A stretch of DNA of 64,000 nucleotides from an uncultured Verrucomicrobiae bacterium. Its GTDB lineage: Bacteria > Verrucomicrobiota > Verrucomicrobiia > Chthoniobacterales > JAFAMB01. This document shows positions 12,378 through 23,250 of this stretch, piece after piece. Numbering within the stretch: position 1 is the stretch's first letter; each line of letters starts with the position of its first letter. The notes under the pieces are model-generated. The model did no database searches. It was not told the origin of the DNA and saw only the letters and a list, made by a program, of their open reading frames with translations. The position numbers and the translations under genes are program-made. The stretch covers positions 1 to 64,000 of the forward strand of contig CAWEXO010000014.1 of assembly GCA_963813025.1 (NCBI GenBank), written 5' to 3'.

Positions 12378-13311
12378 ATGAACTCTCTCGACGTCGTGAC
12401 AATCGGAGAAGCGATGGCGATGTTTGTCGCCAAAGGTGTAGGCGACCTAAGCCAGGTTCATGATTTCACCAGGCGCGCGGCAGGCGCCGAACTCAATGTT
12501 GCAATCGGTTTAGCCCGGTTGGGATTCAGGGTTGGTTGGGTAAGCCGCGTAGGCTCAGATTCGTTTGGCCGTTTTATTTTTGATGTGCTGGACCGCGACC
12601 GTGTCGATCGTCAACGCGTGATTGTTGACCCCGCTTTTCCGACTGGGTTTCAGCTTAAGTCGCGGGGTATCGGGAACCAGGATCCACTCGTGGAATATTT
12701 CCGACGAGGATCAACAGCGAGCCATTTGTCCGTAGCCGATTTTGACCCCGAGTTTCCTATCGGCAAGGCACCTCCATGTGACCGGTGTTGCTCCTGCCCT
12801 GTCCAAAACGAGTCTAGAATTAGCACACCATGCGATTGATCAGATGCGAGCAGCCGGTAAGTCTATCTCGTTTGACCCGAATCTCCGTCCTGTGTTGTGG
12901 CCATCGAAGCAAACAATGATCGATCAGTTAAATGCACTCGCGGCCAAGAGCGACTGGGTTTTGCCCGGCATCGAAGAGGGGAGAGTGCTCACCGGAAGGA
13001 GTGACCCAAACGGTATTGCGGACTTCTACCTGGAGCGAGGTACAGCTTTAGTTGTGATAAAGCGGGGTGAAAAGGGCTCGTTTATCAAAACCCGGGAAAA
13101 GGAGGCGATTATTCCTGCCATAAAAGTGCCTGCTGTTGTGGATACAGTAGGTGCGGGAGACGGATTTGCAGTCGGTTTGGTCAGCGCACTATTGGAAGGT
13201 CTTCCGGCAGATCAAGCCGCTGGGCGTGGCAACCAGATTGCCGCCCTTGTGATACAACAGATAGGCGATTCCGAAGGCCTGCCAACGCGAGAGCAGATTC
13301 TTAAGCAATAG
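12378..13311 (+). CDS. PfkB-family sugar acid kinase (2-ketogluconate kinase KguK-like), frameshift near 12755
   Basis: AGAELNVAIGLARLG, SFDPNLRP, DTVGAGDGF. Confidence 0.88.
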
Positions 13312-13312
13312 G

Positions 13313-14311
13313 GTGATGAGAAAGCAAATCGTTGTCTACAAGAAGCTGCCCGAGAGCGAATTAGCGAAACTCCAGCGGTTCTTCGACATTACACAATTTG
13401 ATTTGATCGATAACGACAATAGAAACTCGTTTCTTGAAGCGATCAAACATGCGCACGGTCTGCTTGGCGCGAGCGTCAAATTCACCGAAGAAATGTTAAC
13501 CGGCGCGGATCGCTTGGAGGCGATCTCAACAATCTCGGTTGGCTACGACAACTTTGATGTTCCATGGCTCACGGAGCGCGGAATCATTCTAACTAACACG
13601 CCGGATGTTCTGACAGAGACGGTCGCGGACACAATCTTTGCCCTGATGCTGGCTTCGGCGCGCCGGTTGATTGAGCTCGTTGAATTTGTGAAGGCGGGTC
13701 ATTGGAGACACAGCATCGATGAAATGCTTTATGGCGTCGATGTGCACTCCAAGACACTGGGCATTCTCGGGATGGGTAGGATCGGCCCCGCCGTCGCTCG
13801 TCGTGCGCGACTCGGCTTCAATATGGAGGTTCTCTATTACAACCGGAGTAGAAATCCGGAAGTCGAAGACCAATTTAACGCCAAGTTTTGTACTTTCGAC
13901 GATGTTTTGGGCGCTGCCGATTTCCTTTGTGTTGTCCTGCCATTAACAAAAGAGACCGAGAAAATGATCGGAGCGCGCGAATTTGCCAAGATGAAGCAGG
14001 GAGCGATTGTTATCAATGGCTCCAGAGGACGTATCGTCGACCAGGCCGCGTTAATTCAATCTTTGCAAACCGGCCATCTTGGCGCGGCTGGTTTGGATGT
14101 TTTCGAGAAAGAGCCGCTACCTGCTGACTCGCCATTGTTGAAAATGGCGAATGTGGTAGCTCTTCCCCATGTTGGCTCTGCAACCCATGAAACGCGACTG
14201 AATATGGTCTGCTGCGCTGTTGAAAACCTCATCGATGTTCTCAACAGCGGTTCTTCGAAGCATGCGGTGAATCCTCAAGCCTTGGAACACCGCGCTCCTG
14301 CCCAATCATGA
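13313..14311 (+). CDS. ghrB: 2-hydroxyacid dehydrogenase, 2-ketogluconate/glyoxylate reductase (GhrB/KguD-like)
   Basis: SVGYDNFD, NTPDVLTETVAD, GMGRIG, SRGRIVD, LDVFEKEP, PHVGSAT. Confidence 0.85.
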   Translation: MMRKQIVVYKKLPESELAKLQRFFDITQFDLIDNDNRNSFLEAIKHAHGLLGASVKFTEEMLTGADRLEAISTISVGYDNFDVPWLTERGIILTNTPDVLTETVADTIFALMLASARRLIELVEFVKAGHWRHSIDEMLYGVDVHSKTLGILGMGRIGPAVARRARLGFNMEVLYYNRSRNPEVEDQFNAKFCTFDDVLGAADFLCVVLPLTKETEKMIGAREFAKMKQGAIVINGSRGRIVDQAALIQSLQTGHLGAAGLDVFEKEPLPADSPLLKMANVVALPHVGSATHETRLNMVCCAVENLIDVLNSGSSKHAVNPQALEHRAPAQS

Positions 14312-14925
14312 AACTGCACGAGAATTCATTCTGCTTTTCGCTCTTGGCATTGTCGTGGTTAGTAGGAGACACTTTGGCTCTCGCTGCCGACCTGATCGTT
14401 TCAGCCAATGATGCGAAATATGTTCGAGTCCTAGGGCGAGACACTTATCCGGATGGAACCGGACCGGATACATTGACTGTTTTGGATGCGTCCCAGTTTC
14501 CACCGGCGGTAAAGGCGACGGTAGAAGTCGAGCACACCATCATCGGGCCGCCTCAAGCAGTCGCGATTACTCCGGATGGCAAGCTGGCGATCGTGGGTGC
14601 TCCTACTCGATACGACTATGCCGCAAAGAAGGTCATTTTCGACACCTTCTTGCAGGTGATTGATCTCGAAGCAACGCCGCCAAAATTGATCGATAAGATT
14701 GAACTTGGACAGCATTCTCAAGGACTGAGTCTGGACGTCGACGCCGGCAGGGGTTACCAACAGTCAGGAGCGGGTGACGACCGGGGTTTCGCCCTACTCG
14801 GTCGACGTTTCTAGTGATGGCAGATGGGCGGTTGTGAGTAATGTTGGGCTGCCCGGCATGCCCGGAAATGTAGGACGCCTTTTCGGCGACGCCGACAGCG
14901 TCACACTGATTGATGTCTCTAAACG
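14308..14925 (+). pseudogene. Secreted YncE-like beta-propeller protein, internally deleted and truncated
   Basis: Signal peptide; PQAVAITPDGKLAIV and PYSVDVSSDGRWAVV blade repeats in two frames. Confidence 0.65.
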
Positions 14926-15413
14926 TAAGCGTCAGAGCAACTACATGGTTGACTAACTGGGAGCGCGATTTCCGCTCAGTTGCGCTTATTTGGCATACCC
15001 TCGACTATAGACCAACTGGAGGGGCTCTAGCTAAGTCCTCCTGAAAATGGATAAGAGCGTCAGTTAATCCCATTTTCGACTTCGTCCGAGCTGTCTAACG
15101 GCTCGAACAGGTGGACGTCGTACTTTAAGCAATGCAGATCGGTAAACGCGGCGAGAGTGACGTCGCCTCGGTCCGGAGAGTGGTCGGTCCCGTAGCCAGA
15201 GCGGCACTTGCGCGCGTAGCTCGTCCAGCCGCCGTTACCATCGCCAGTTCCACTCGCCGGGACCTTATCGAGGTACAGACGTTGCGGGGCGACTGGGTAA
15301 ACATCTTCCGGCGTGACGCTAAAGAAAAAAACGATTATAATAAAGACCAATGCGGAAACGATGGAATCGTTTTTCCCTTCTATACTCTTAAATCAAACTC
15401 GGAGAATTGTTAA

Positions 15414-15776
15414 ATGAACCCCCAAGTAAAAAAGACTTTCGATCACCCCGACGAAACCCGCCCGATTAAGAAGGGTAAGGTGGAAGTCCTTAATATGGGT
15501 CCCGGCCTGCCGGTAATGCGGGTCTCTTTCGAGCCGGGCTGGAAATGGTCGGAGTGCGTAAAACCGGTAGCCGGTACCGAGAGCTGCCAGGTACCCCATC
15601 TCGTGTACGTCGTTTCGGGCCGGATCGTGATACGAATGGATGACGGGCAGGAAATCGAATACGGCCCCGGCGACGTCGGGCTGATCCCGCCCGGACACGA
15701 TGCCTGGGTGGTAGGCAACGACCCCTACGTCAATATCGACTATCAGGGCGGCGCGCTCTACGCGAAACCGGCCTAA
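15414..15776 (+). CDS. Cupin-domain protein
   Basis: FEPGWKWSECVKP, CQVPH.VYVVSGR, IPPGHDAWVVG. Confidence 0.88.
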   Translation: MNPQVKKTFDHPDETRPIKKGKVEVLNMGPGLPVMRVSFEPGWKWSECVKPVAGTESCQVPHLVYVVSGRIVIRMDDGQEIEYGPGDVGLIPPGHDAWVVGNDPYVNIDYQGGALYAKPA

Positions 15777-16181
15777 AAATAAATGATCCTAAAGCTCCCG
15801 AGCGTCGGCGAGCGCGTCGTCGTACAGGGTTAGATCGAGTTCGATGATGAGTTCCGGTTCGCCTTCACCGACGTCGTAGTGCGGCGGCTTCGCCGGAACG
15901 GGGTACAGCCTCGCCTCGGCGAAAGCCCTAAAGCGCTCGTCTTCATCGCACTAGCTTTAAGCTACGGTTCTTCGGGTCCGGGGATTGCGAGCCCGGTGGT
16001 GGGCTGTAGCCTCCGCCGGAGCGCTTCAACGGGCGTCTGACCAACCACATGGAGGGGCGGGGACCAGGAATTTCGTATCCGTCACGCCAACACCACGTTG
16101 GCCAAATTGAGCAACCGGGATCTTGAGTCGCTGACCGCAACCTGTCGTGGTAACCTGGCCGGTCTGTCTGGTGACGCGCCC

Positions 16182-17129
16182 CTACCACTTCTGCTCGCCG
16201 GCTGCGACGATCACGCTGATGATGACCAGGCCAGTCACCACATAGCGAATCCCTGCGCTAACCCCGAAGGTGTTGAGCATCGTGAGCAGGAGCACAAGGA
16301 AGAGCGCTGCGCCCCACAACCCCGCCACGTTGGCTTTACCCCCGGTAACTGACGTTCCTCCGATCACCACGCACGCAATTGAAGCCAACAGATATTCATC
16401 GCCAATTTCCAGCGACGACCCGCGGAAGTAGCCTGCCAACAGCGCCCCACAGATCCCGCCTAACGAACCGCTGAGAACATACGTAATAAACCGAACCCGC
16501 TCTACCGCGATCCCGGCGAGCCAGGCAGCGCGTGGATTTTGCCCGATAGCAAGGACCGAGCGTCCGTAAATGGTCCTGTGCAAGACGATGCCGATCACAA
16601 CGGTAAAAATCGCCGTGCCAATGGCCAGCAAAGGAACACCAGCGACTTGCGTCGTTGTGAACTCGGCGAAGCCGGGTGGCGGCTTGATCTGCAGTCCTCG
16701 GCCGTAGCTGATACCCACGGATTGAATGATGAAACTGGCCGAAAGAGTGGCGATAATGGGCGGTATTCGCAAGAGCCAGATCAGCATGTAATTGACGCTG
16801 CCAATAGCAAAGCCCGAGCCGAGAGCAGCAAGCAAACCAACCGCGATCAGCGAGTCGGACCCAGCCATCACTTTCATCGCAACGGCGCTCGCTAAGCCGA
16901 TGTTGGCAGGTAGGGATAGATCGATGTTGCCGGGCCCGAGCGTGATAACAAACATCTGGGCAACGCCGGTGATAACACAAAATACCGACAGGGACAGGGC
17001 GGCGGTTAACATGCCGCCGGCACCGTACCCGTGCGTAAAAGCGATAGCGGTCGACCAGACCAAGAGCGCTCCGATGTAGGACCAGATCCACGACTTGGCG
17101 AAAAGGTTCAGATGGCCAGTAATTCTCAT
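16182..17129 (-). CDS. Monosaccharide ABC transporter permease
   Basis: IDLS, GRSVLAIGQNPRAA..AG, IACVVIGG. Confidence 0.92.
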   Translation of the reverse strand: MRITGHLNLFAKSWIWSYIGALLVWSTAIAFTHGYGAGGMLTAALSLSVFCVITGVAQMFVITLGPGNIDLSLPANIGLASAVAMKVMAGSDSLIAVGLLAALGSGFAIGSVNYMLIWLLRIPPIIATLSASFIIQSVGISYGRGLQIKPPPGFAEFTTTQVAGVPLLAIGTAIFTVVIGIVLHRTIYGRSVLAIGQNPRAAWLAGIAVERVRFITYVLSGSLGGICGALLAGYFRGSSLEIGDEYLLASIACVVIGGTSVTGGKANVAGLWGAALFLVLLLTMLNTFGVSAGIRYVVTGLVIISVIVAAGEQKW

Positions 17130-18112
17130 GATGCCCTTCGGCCAGTCCGGTTGATAATGGCGCGGGCAACCAGAACAATGATGAGGATCGCTCCCTCCGC
17201 ACCCACCTGCCAGTCGGGCGAAATCCGCATAAAATTCAGAAGGGAACCTGCAAGAGTCAACGTAAGCGCACCGATTACTGCGCCGATCGGCGAAACTCGC
17301 CCGCCAACGAATTCTCCACCGCCAAGAATAACTCCCGCGATTGACAACAGAGTGTAACCCTTACCGATGTTGGCATCTGCCGATCCGGTCAATCCGATGA
17401 GCGCCAGCCCAGCGAGAACGCCGAAAATACCGGCAAACATAAACATGACTATTTTAGTTTTAAGCAGCGACCATCCCGCTCGGCCAATCGCTTTGGGGTT
17501 GCCACCGGATCCGCGCAAAATTGCGCCATACGAGGTTCTCATCAATCCGATATGAACAACGACCCCCAAGACGACGGCGGCGATGATCGGAAAAGGAATA
17601 TAGGGCGAGTTAAGATTCACCAGATTGTGCAGCCAATCGGGCGCCTTTCCACCCGGCTTAGGCAGGATCAAAATCGCCAAACCTTGCCAGACAAAAAGCA
17701 TGCCTAGAGTCACGACAATGGAGGGAACGTTGCGCAAATAAATGATACCACCCATCAATGCGTAAACGCCTACACCACCGAGAAGAACGAGGCCTCCCAG
17801 AACGGGTGCATTGTGCAGCCACGTCGCCGCAACGCAACCGACAAAACTCACGAAATTGCCAACCGACAGATCGAGATCATTCACCGTGATCACGAACATC
17901 TGGGCGATGGTAGCGAGGGCCACCGGGATCGCCAAATTCAACATCAGGTTAAGGCCGAAATAGCTGACCGCCCGTGGGTTAAGCCAAGCAATACCTAGCA
18001 GTACGAGTGCCAGCGACGCGCCCGGCAATACTGCTCGCAGCAACTGGTGCGGGGTCCGGAAATGCGCTCGAGAGTGTTTTCGAGAGACCCTCGCCGCCGA
18101 GACCGAAGCCAT
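17126..18112 (-). CDS. Monosaccharide ABC transporter permease
   Basis: DLDLSVG, IAGVILGG; hydrophobic; overlaps next gene by ATGA. Confidence 0.92.
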   Translation of the reverse strand: MASVSAARVSRKHSRAHFRTPHQLLRAVLPGASLALVLLGIAWLNPRAVSYFGLNLMLNLAIPVALATIAQMFVITVNDLDLSVGNFVSFVGCVAATWLHNAPVLGGLVLLGGVGVYALMGGIIYLRNVPSIVVTLGMLFVWQGLAILILPKPGGKAPDWLHNLVNLNSPYIPFPIIAAVVLGVVVHIGLMRTSYGAILRGSGGNPKAIGRAGWSLLKTKIVMFMFAGIFGVLAGLALIGLTGSADANIGKGYTLLSIAGVILGGGEFVGGRVSPIGAVIGALTLTLAGSLLNFMRISPDWQVGAEGAILIIVLVARAIINRTGRRAS

Positions 18113-18113
18113 G

Positions 18114-19586
18114 TCACGCAGTCTCCTGGAAAGAGGAATGGATCACTCTTTCTTCACTCAGCTCACCACGGTCCAGGGCGGCAACAATGCGTCCGCCGCG
18201 GAACACATACACGTGATCGCAATTCTCCAGTTCTTCCATCTCGGTCGTATACCACAGGAATGTGCGCCCGGCAGCGGCCTCCGTTCGGATGAGGGTATAC
18301 ACCTCAACCTTTGTACTCACATCGACGCCGCGCATAGGATCGTCCATCAACACGATCTTCGCTTCGCTACCCAGGGCGCGCGCGAAAAGAGCCTTCTGCT
18401 GATTCCCGCCGGAGAGCGAAAGGATGTTGTTACGCAAATCCGGTGTAAGAATTTTAATCCTCTCCTGCCAGCGTTTGGCCAAGCGATCCTCGAGGCGACG
18501 CGAAATCAGAACACCGCTTCGTAGCGAGCGAATCGACCGAACGCCAATATTTACGGCGATTGACCAGAGGGGGAATATGCCATCGGTTTGCCGGTCACCA
18601 GCAATCACCGCTACCTGCCCTTTTACGGTGACACCCGGGCGACGGAGCGTGGAGGCACGGAAGATGGACAACAGCAGCTCAGTCTGACCGTGCCCGGAAA
18701 GGCCGGCCAAGCCGACGACCTCTCCCTGATGAGCAACAAATTCGATGCCTTCTTTCTGCGCTGGCGGTCGTGCGCGAACAAGGAGAGGAGTTGTACCGCG
18801 TTCGGTCGTCCTTTCTTCTGGAGAACGCATTCTGCTGGCCTCCGTCCCTCCCATTGCGGTCACTAATTTGTCTCGATCAAAATGATCGGCCTGGTCGGCG
18901 GCGACCACCATGCCGTCGCGCATCACCACAATTCGATCGGAGTATGTGAGGATCTCGCCTAATAAATGCGAAATCAGGATACAGCTGGCCCCGGTCGCGA
19001 CAACTTGCCGCACGTGGGAAAGGAGTTGTCCGGCGATATGTTGATCTAGAGCCGATGTTGGCTCATCAAGAATGACGAGATTGAGTGGATCGTGCATCAC
19101 CGTGAAGGCGCGTGCGACCTCGATCATCTGGCGTTTGTCAATCGGAAGGTCCCCCACAATAGTGTCCGGAGAAATCCCATGGCCGGGAAAGATCTTGTCG
19201 AGCTCGCTTCTGATCAGCTCGGCCGCCTGCTTGCGCCAACCCCAACCGCCGATATTCGGATGAACGACCCGCGCATTCTCCGCAACTGTGAGATTAGGAC
19301 ACAGAGACAATTCTTGGAAAACGCAACGGATGCCCAGCTTTTGGGCCAGGACGACCGCATAATTTTGCTGCGTTTGATTACCGACAACGATTCGGCCCCG
19401 ATCCGGACTCAGGGTTCCAGCCAGAATCTGCATCAGAGTTGATTTGCCTGCACCGTTGTGGCCAACCAACCCGACGCATTCCCCAGCGCCAACGGCAAAT
19501 TCGACCCCCGAAAGCGCGCGGACGGCGCCGAAATGTTTTTCGACACCGTCCAATCTGACGATATCCGCGGATGTTCCGAACGTCAC
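18114..19586 (-). CDS. Monosaccharide ABC transporter ATP-binding protein (two NBDs)
   Basis: [22 protein letters not shown]. Confidence 0.93.
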   Translation of the reverse strand: MTFGTSADIVRLDGVEKHFGAVRALSGVEFAVGAGECVGLVGHNGAGKSTLMQILAGTLSPDRGRIVVGNQTQQNYAVVLAQKLGIRCVFQELSLCPNLTVAENARVVHPNIGGWGWRKQAAELIRSELDKIFPGHGISPDTIVGDLPIDKRQMIEVARAFTVMHDPLNLVILDEPTSALDQHIAGQLLSHVRQVVATGASCILISHLLGEILTYSDRIVVMRDGMVVAADQADHFDRDKLVTAMGGTEASRMRSPEERTTERGTTPLLVRARPPAQKEGIEFVAHQGEVVGLAGLSGHGQTELLLSIFRASTLRRPGVTVKGQVAVIAGDRQTDGIFPLWSIAVNIGVRSIRSLRSGVLISRRLEDRLAKRWQERIKILTPDLRNNILSLSGGNQQKALFARALGSEAKIVLMDDPMRGVDVSTKVEVYTLIRTEAAAGRTFLWYTTEMEELENCDHVYVFRGGRIVAALDRGELSEERVIHSSFQETA

Positions 19587-20611
19587 TTCTTCATGTTGGC
19601 CTCGATTGCCTTCTTGGCATCTTCCAACGTGTATTCGTGACTGGCAACGCCGCCAACCGGAATATTCGGTAGCGCGGCTTCAAAGTCATCCTGGTTGAAT
19701 TGAAGATAGGGCACTACGAGGTCGTGCGGAATGTCTTTGTGACCATCGAGAATTTGCTGGGCGACCCAGAAGGCCAGCGTCGAAATCCCGGGGGCAATAG
19801 AGGCCGACCAGGTCACGTAGCCGCTCTTGTCCTTCTGTTCCTTCCACCAGGCGAGTTCATCCTGGCGATTTCCCATGATGATAATCGGCTCCTTCCTGCC
19901 GGCGGCGACGAACGCCTGGGCGCAACCATAGCCGTCACCACCTTGATCAACAACCCCGACGATTTCCCGAAGAGAGGGAAGAACTGTCGCAACGGCTTTC
20001 TGCGCCGTTGGCTGGTCCCAATCGCCTTCAACGCTGTTAGCGATCTTGAAGGCGGGATACTTTGCTACTCCAGCGGCAATCCCGGAATGGATCGCATCGT
20101 CGATCGACGTTCCAGCGAGGCCGCGAATCTCAAGAAGATTACCGCCGTTTGGCAGCCATTTAGCCAGATGTTCGACTTCCTGCTCACCATAGTCTTTGAA
20201 ATCAACCACCACACGCCAAGCGCTGGGTTCCGTGACGATCCCGTCAAATGATACGACAACAATCCCGGCATCGATGGCCTTTTTGATCGCCCCATTCAAT
20301 GCATCTGGAGAAGAGGCATTGATGACGATCGCGTTATAACCTTGAAGGATCAGGTTCTGGATTTGCGCAGCTTGCGTTGGAACTTCCTTGTCCGCGGTTG
20401 TGAACACGTCGGCGGCGGCGACAATCCCGTCCGCGACTGCCTTCTTCGTGACGATGTCATAACTCTTTAACATGGCTTGCCGCCAAGAATTGCCTGCATA
20501 GTTGTTGGAAAACGCGATGCGCATGTTCTTCGTGTCTGCGTGAGCCACGCTAATTAAGGCGAAACCCGCCAAGGCGGCCAGGAGGGCCTTGCCGCAACTA
20601 TTTTTCTTCAT
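19583..20611 (-). CDS. Monosaccharide ABC transporter substrate-binding protein
   Basis: Signal peptide after [27 protein letters not shown]; start chosen at 20611. Confidence 0.9.
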   Translation of the reverse strand: MKKNSCGKALLAALAGFALISVAHADTKNMRIAFSNNYAGNSWRQAMLKSYDIVTKKAVADGIVAAADVFTTADKEVPTQAAQIQNLILQGYNAIVINASSPDALNGAIKKAIDAGIVVVSFDGIVTEPSAWRVVVDFKDYGEQEVEHLAKWLPNGGNLLEIRGLAGTSIDDAIHSGIAAGVAKYPAFKIANSVEGDWDQPTAQKAVATVLPSLREIVGVVDQGGDGYGCAQAFVAAGRKEPIIIMGNRQDELAWWKEQKDKSGYVTWSASIAPGISTLAFWVAQQILDGHKDIPHDLVVPYLQFNQDDFEAALPNIPVGGVASHEYTLEDAKKAIEANMKK

Positions 20612-20920
20612 GCCATGAACTCCAGTCGATACTAGAAACATTTTGTTAGTGCCGCCTGCTGAAGCACCCCCTATTTCGTCGATTGAACTTCCCCGCAGAG
20701 AGCGAGCGAAAAGCAACTCGCCCAGACTCTAGACGAGAGCCAGTTTTTGCAATTGGGGGGAGTCATCCCACGAGCAAGCGCCTCGAGCGGTACGGTGAGC
20801 ACAGAGTACACGGAAAGAGCATTTGAGATCAACCCTTTTTGCGAAGAGCTCACCCATATTTTCGAGCGCACAGAGAGAAATCCGGCACTCGCCAAGAAGA
20901 TGTGGGTCTACCCGGCGATT

Positions 20921-21068
20921 TCGGGCATAAGCTAGCCGGGTGTTCCGATTGCGGATGGTGGCAGTGAAAAAGTCGATGTAGGCCTCAGTAGCATGAGCGC
21001 CGGCGGCAGCAACGAGCTCAGGAACCGAAGCACAAAGCCGCGAGCGTCTGGCGCCGTTTAGCCGTCAT
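20921..21068 (-). pseudogene. N-terminal scrap of a tyrosine recombinase/integrase
   Basis: Manual translation VPELVAAAGAHATEAYIDFFTATIRNRNTRLAYAR; not in the ORF track. Confidence 0.65.
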
Positions 21069-21148
21069 AGCGCGCAGCCGTGTTAAAAAAGCCGCGCCAA
21101 CGAGTAATCTTACCGCTCTTAACGGTTAAGACATGGACCCATTCCGTT

Positions 21149-21442
21149 TCATACAACTTTTGAGTATCTACGGCGGTTGCTTTTCCCAGCCCAACACTGT
21201 GACGTTCTCGCCAGCCTCGATGAACTCCCGCGGCTCAAAGGCATGGATGTCGTCTGCTTGCGGAAGGACTTCAAAAATTTGGCCACCTGCTCGGGGGTTC
21301 GCCGCCGCCCAGAATAAGGCAAAGCCGCTGGAGCAACGCACTCCCAATCGACTTCGTCAGCGATCAATTTCACAAGGCTCGGAATATCACGCCGACCGAA
21401 AGCTGCGTAGGCTTGTTGAACAACATCAAGCGCTGCACCCAT
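21149..21442 (-). pseudogene. SnoaL-like/NTF2-family protein, frameshifted or truncated
   Basis: VVQQAYAAFGRRDIP...DEVDW...PYSG; shifted frame FEPREFIEAGENVTVLG. Confidence 0.7.
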
Positions 21443-21603
21443 GGCTAATGCTCCTTTTTAAGATTTATTGAAGGTTGGATGGTCGAGACCCGTCTAGAAT
21501 ACGCCATCGTGTGTTCTTTTAAAGGTCGAAATGAGGTCGCCAATGCAGGATCGTGAAACTGCTCGTACGAACCCACCTAGTGCAAGCGGAGGCTTTTTAG
21601 TTA

Positions 21604-21987
21604 CTACGCTGACTGAAGCTCCGCGGCCTCGAGAATGGGCCTTATTTCAAAGGTGTGACCGTAGTCCAGCAAGGGGTCCCCTTTGGCGATCTCTACCGCT
21701 TCCTCAAGACTGGGTGCTTGAATGAACCAGTAGCCTGCGATCCCTTCCTTAGATTCGGTAAACGGGCCGTCCGTTACAGCTTTTCTGCCAGAAAGAATCT
21801 TGCCTCCAGGCGCAAGCTGACGCCCGCTTCTTATCTTTCCCTGATCGATCATTCGTTCGAACCAGGCGTGGAATTGTTTCATGGCATTCTGTATATCTTC
21901 CGGTGAGAGACTTTCACCAAACCTGGCGCCTCGGCAGATCACTAGATATTCTGCAGTAGTGGTTTGTGTGCTCATAGGCTTATTCAT
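21604..21987 (-). CDS. YciI-family (DGPF-motif) protein
   Basis: VTDGPFTESKEGIAGYWFIQAPSLEEAVEIAK. Confidence 0.88.
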   Translation of the reverse strand: MNKPMSTQTTTAEYLVICRGARFGESLSPEDIQNAMKQFHAWFERMIDQGKIRSGRQLAPGGKILSGRKAVTDGPFTESKEGIAGYWFIQAPSLEEAVEIAKGDPLLDYGHTFEIRPILEAAELQSA

Positions 21988-22210
21988 GGTTGCGGGTTCT
22001 CTTTCTTCCAATTACATGACGTACGAAACGGAGTAATCAGGACACTTGCAAGCACCGCCGTTGGTGGCATTATTGGAGGGCTGCGCCATACGCGAAAGCT
22101 GCCCCGCCGATTACTCGCATCGACTAATGAAATCTGGGCCGCTCTCTGTTTTACCTCTGTCATGCTGGGCTTGTCCTGGTCGTTACTCGAGCCTTTTCGG
22201 CATGATTTAA

Positions 22211-23219
22211 TACATTGGACCCAGGAGCGGGGAAAACCAGCCGATTCTTCCGCGCGACCTTTTGTCGGAGTTTTGTAGGGATTCTGTTATATACGGCAGC
22301 AGGCGACCGATTGGCAAGACTGCTGTGCGGCCGCTGATCGTTGTAGAAGGAGAAGTAGCGACCGATACTCCGCCAGGCCTCGGTGACGGAGTCGTACTCA
22401 CGCAAATAGACCTCCTCGTAACAGTCCATTAAGGCGAAAAGATAAACAAAGCCTTCGGCTAACCCGATGTAAGTGATGTCGCTACACCAGACCTGATTGC
22501 GGTGCTCGATGAGCAGGCCTTTGAGCAGATAGGGAAAACGCAGGTGTGCGCCGCCGTTGGAGCTCAGGCGAGGCCTGGGATAAACGGCTTCCAGTCCCAT
22601 GAGGCGCATCAAGCGGCGGGTTCGCTTGTGGTTGACGGACCAACCCTGGTCGTGCAACGCAAGGGTCATCCGGCGTACCCCGTAAAAGGGCCAGCGGGTA
22701 TAGATAGAGTCGGTCCAGGGCGCTCATCAGCACCAGATTAGCGCTACTCTCTTCCTGCGCTTGGTAATACCAGCTGCTGCGGGCCACCCCGAGCAAGGGC
22801 GCATTGCTGCACGAGGCTCATTTTGGCGGCTGGACCGATCAGCTGCCGCCGCTGCTGGAGCGTAAAGCCCCGTAGTTTTTTTTAAGCCACTCCAGTTCCA
22901 TTTTGAGCCGTCCAATCTGCTCGAACAATTCGCTCTCCTGACGTCTGAATTCCTGGTCGCCCACCCGAATCTCCCCGTCGAAAAACCCGCTCAGGCTTTC
23001 GACCGCTTGGCGTTTCCACGCCGAAACTTGCGTCGGGTGCACGCCGTATTCAGAGGCGATCTCGTTGAGGGTCCGACGTTCTTGAATGGCCTCCAGGGCC
23101 ACTTGTGCCTTTAGGGTCGCGCTATGCTGTCGGCGGCGCCTCACGCCAGCTTTCTTGCCCTTCATCTCCAGGTCTTTTTTCTATCTTAGCGACCTGTCCA
23201 GATTTTGGGGAGCAATTCA
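22211..23219 (-). mobile_element. IS3-family element with orfA (22839-23165) and internally deleted orfB
   Basis: OrfA HTH KAQVALEA...YGVHPTQVSAWK; slippery A8 run at orfA end; OrfB NQVWCSDITYI joined directly to YEEVYL; left end TGAATTGCTCCCC at 23219; other end approximate. Confidence 0.88.
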
Positions 23220-23250
23220 CTAATCACTAATCGCTAATTGTTAACTGCTA
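23217..23250 (+). repeat. Degenerate 7-mer tandem repeat (TCACTAA-like x5)
   Basis: tcactaa tcactaa tcgctaa ttgttaa ctgcta between the IS3 end and the lhr stop. Confidence 0.6.

Noticed and set aside
21107..21132. Recombination site (imperfect inverted repeat) upstream of the integrase scrap
   Set aside because: Too short and imperfect, with no convincing match to dif or res consensus.
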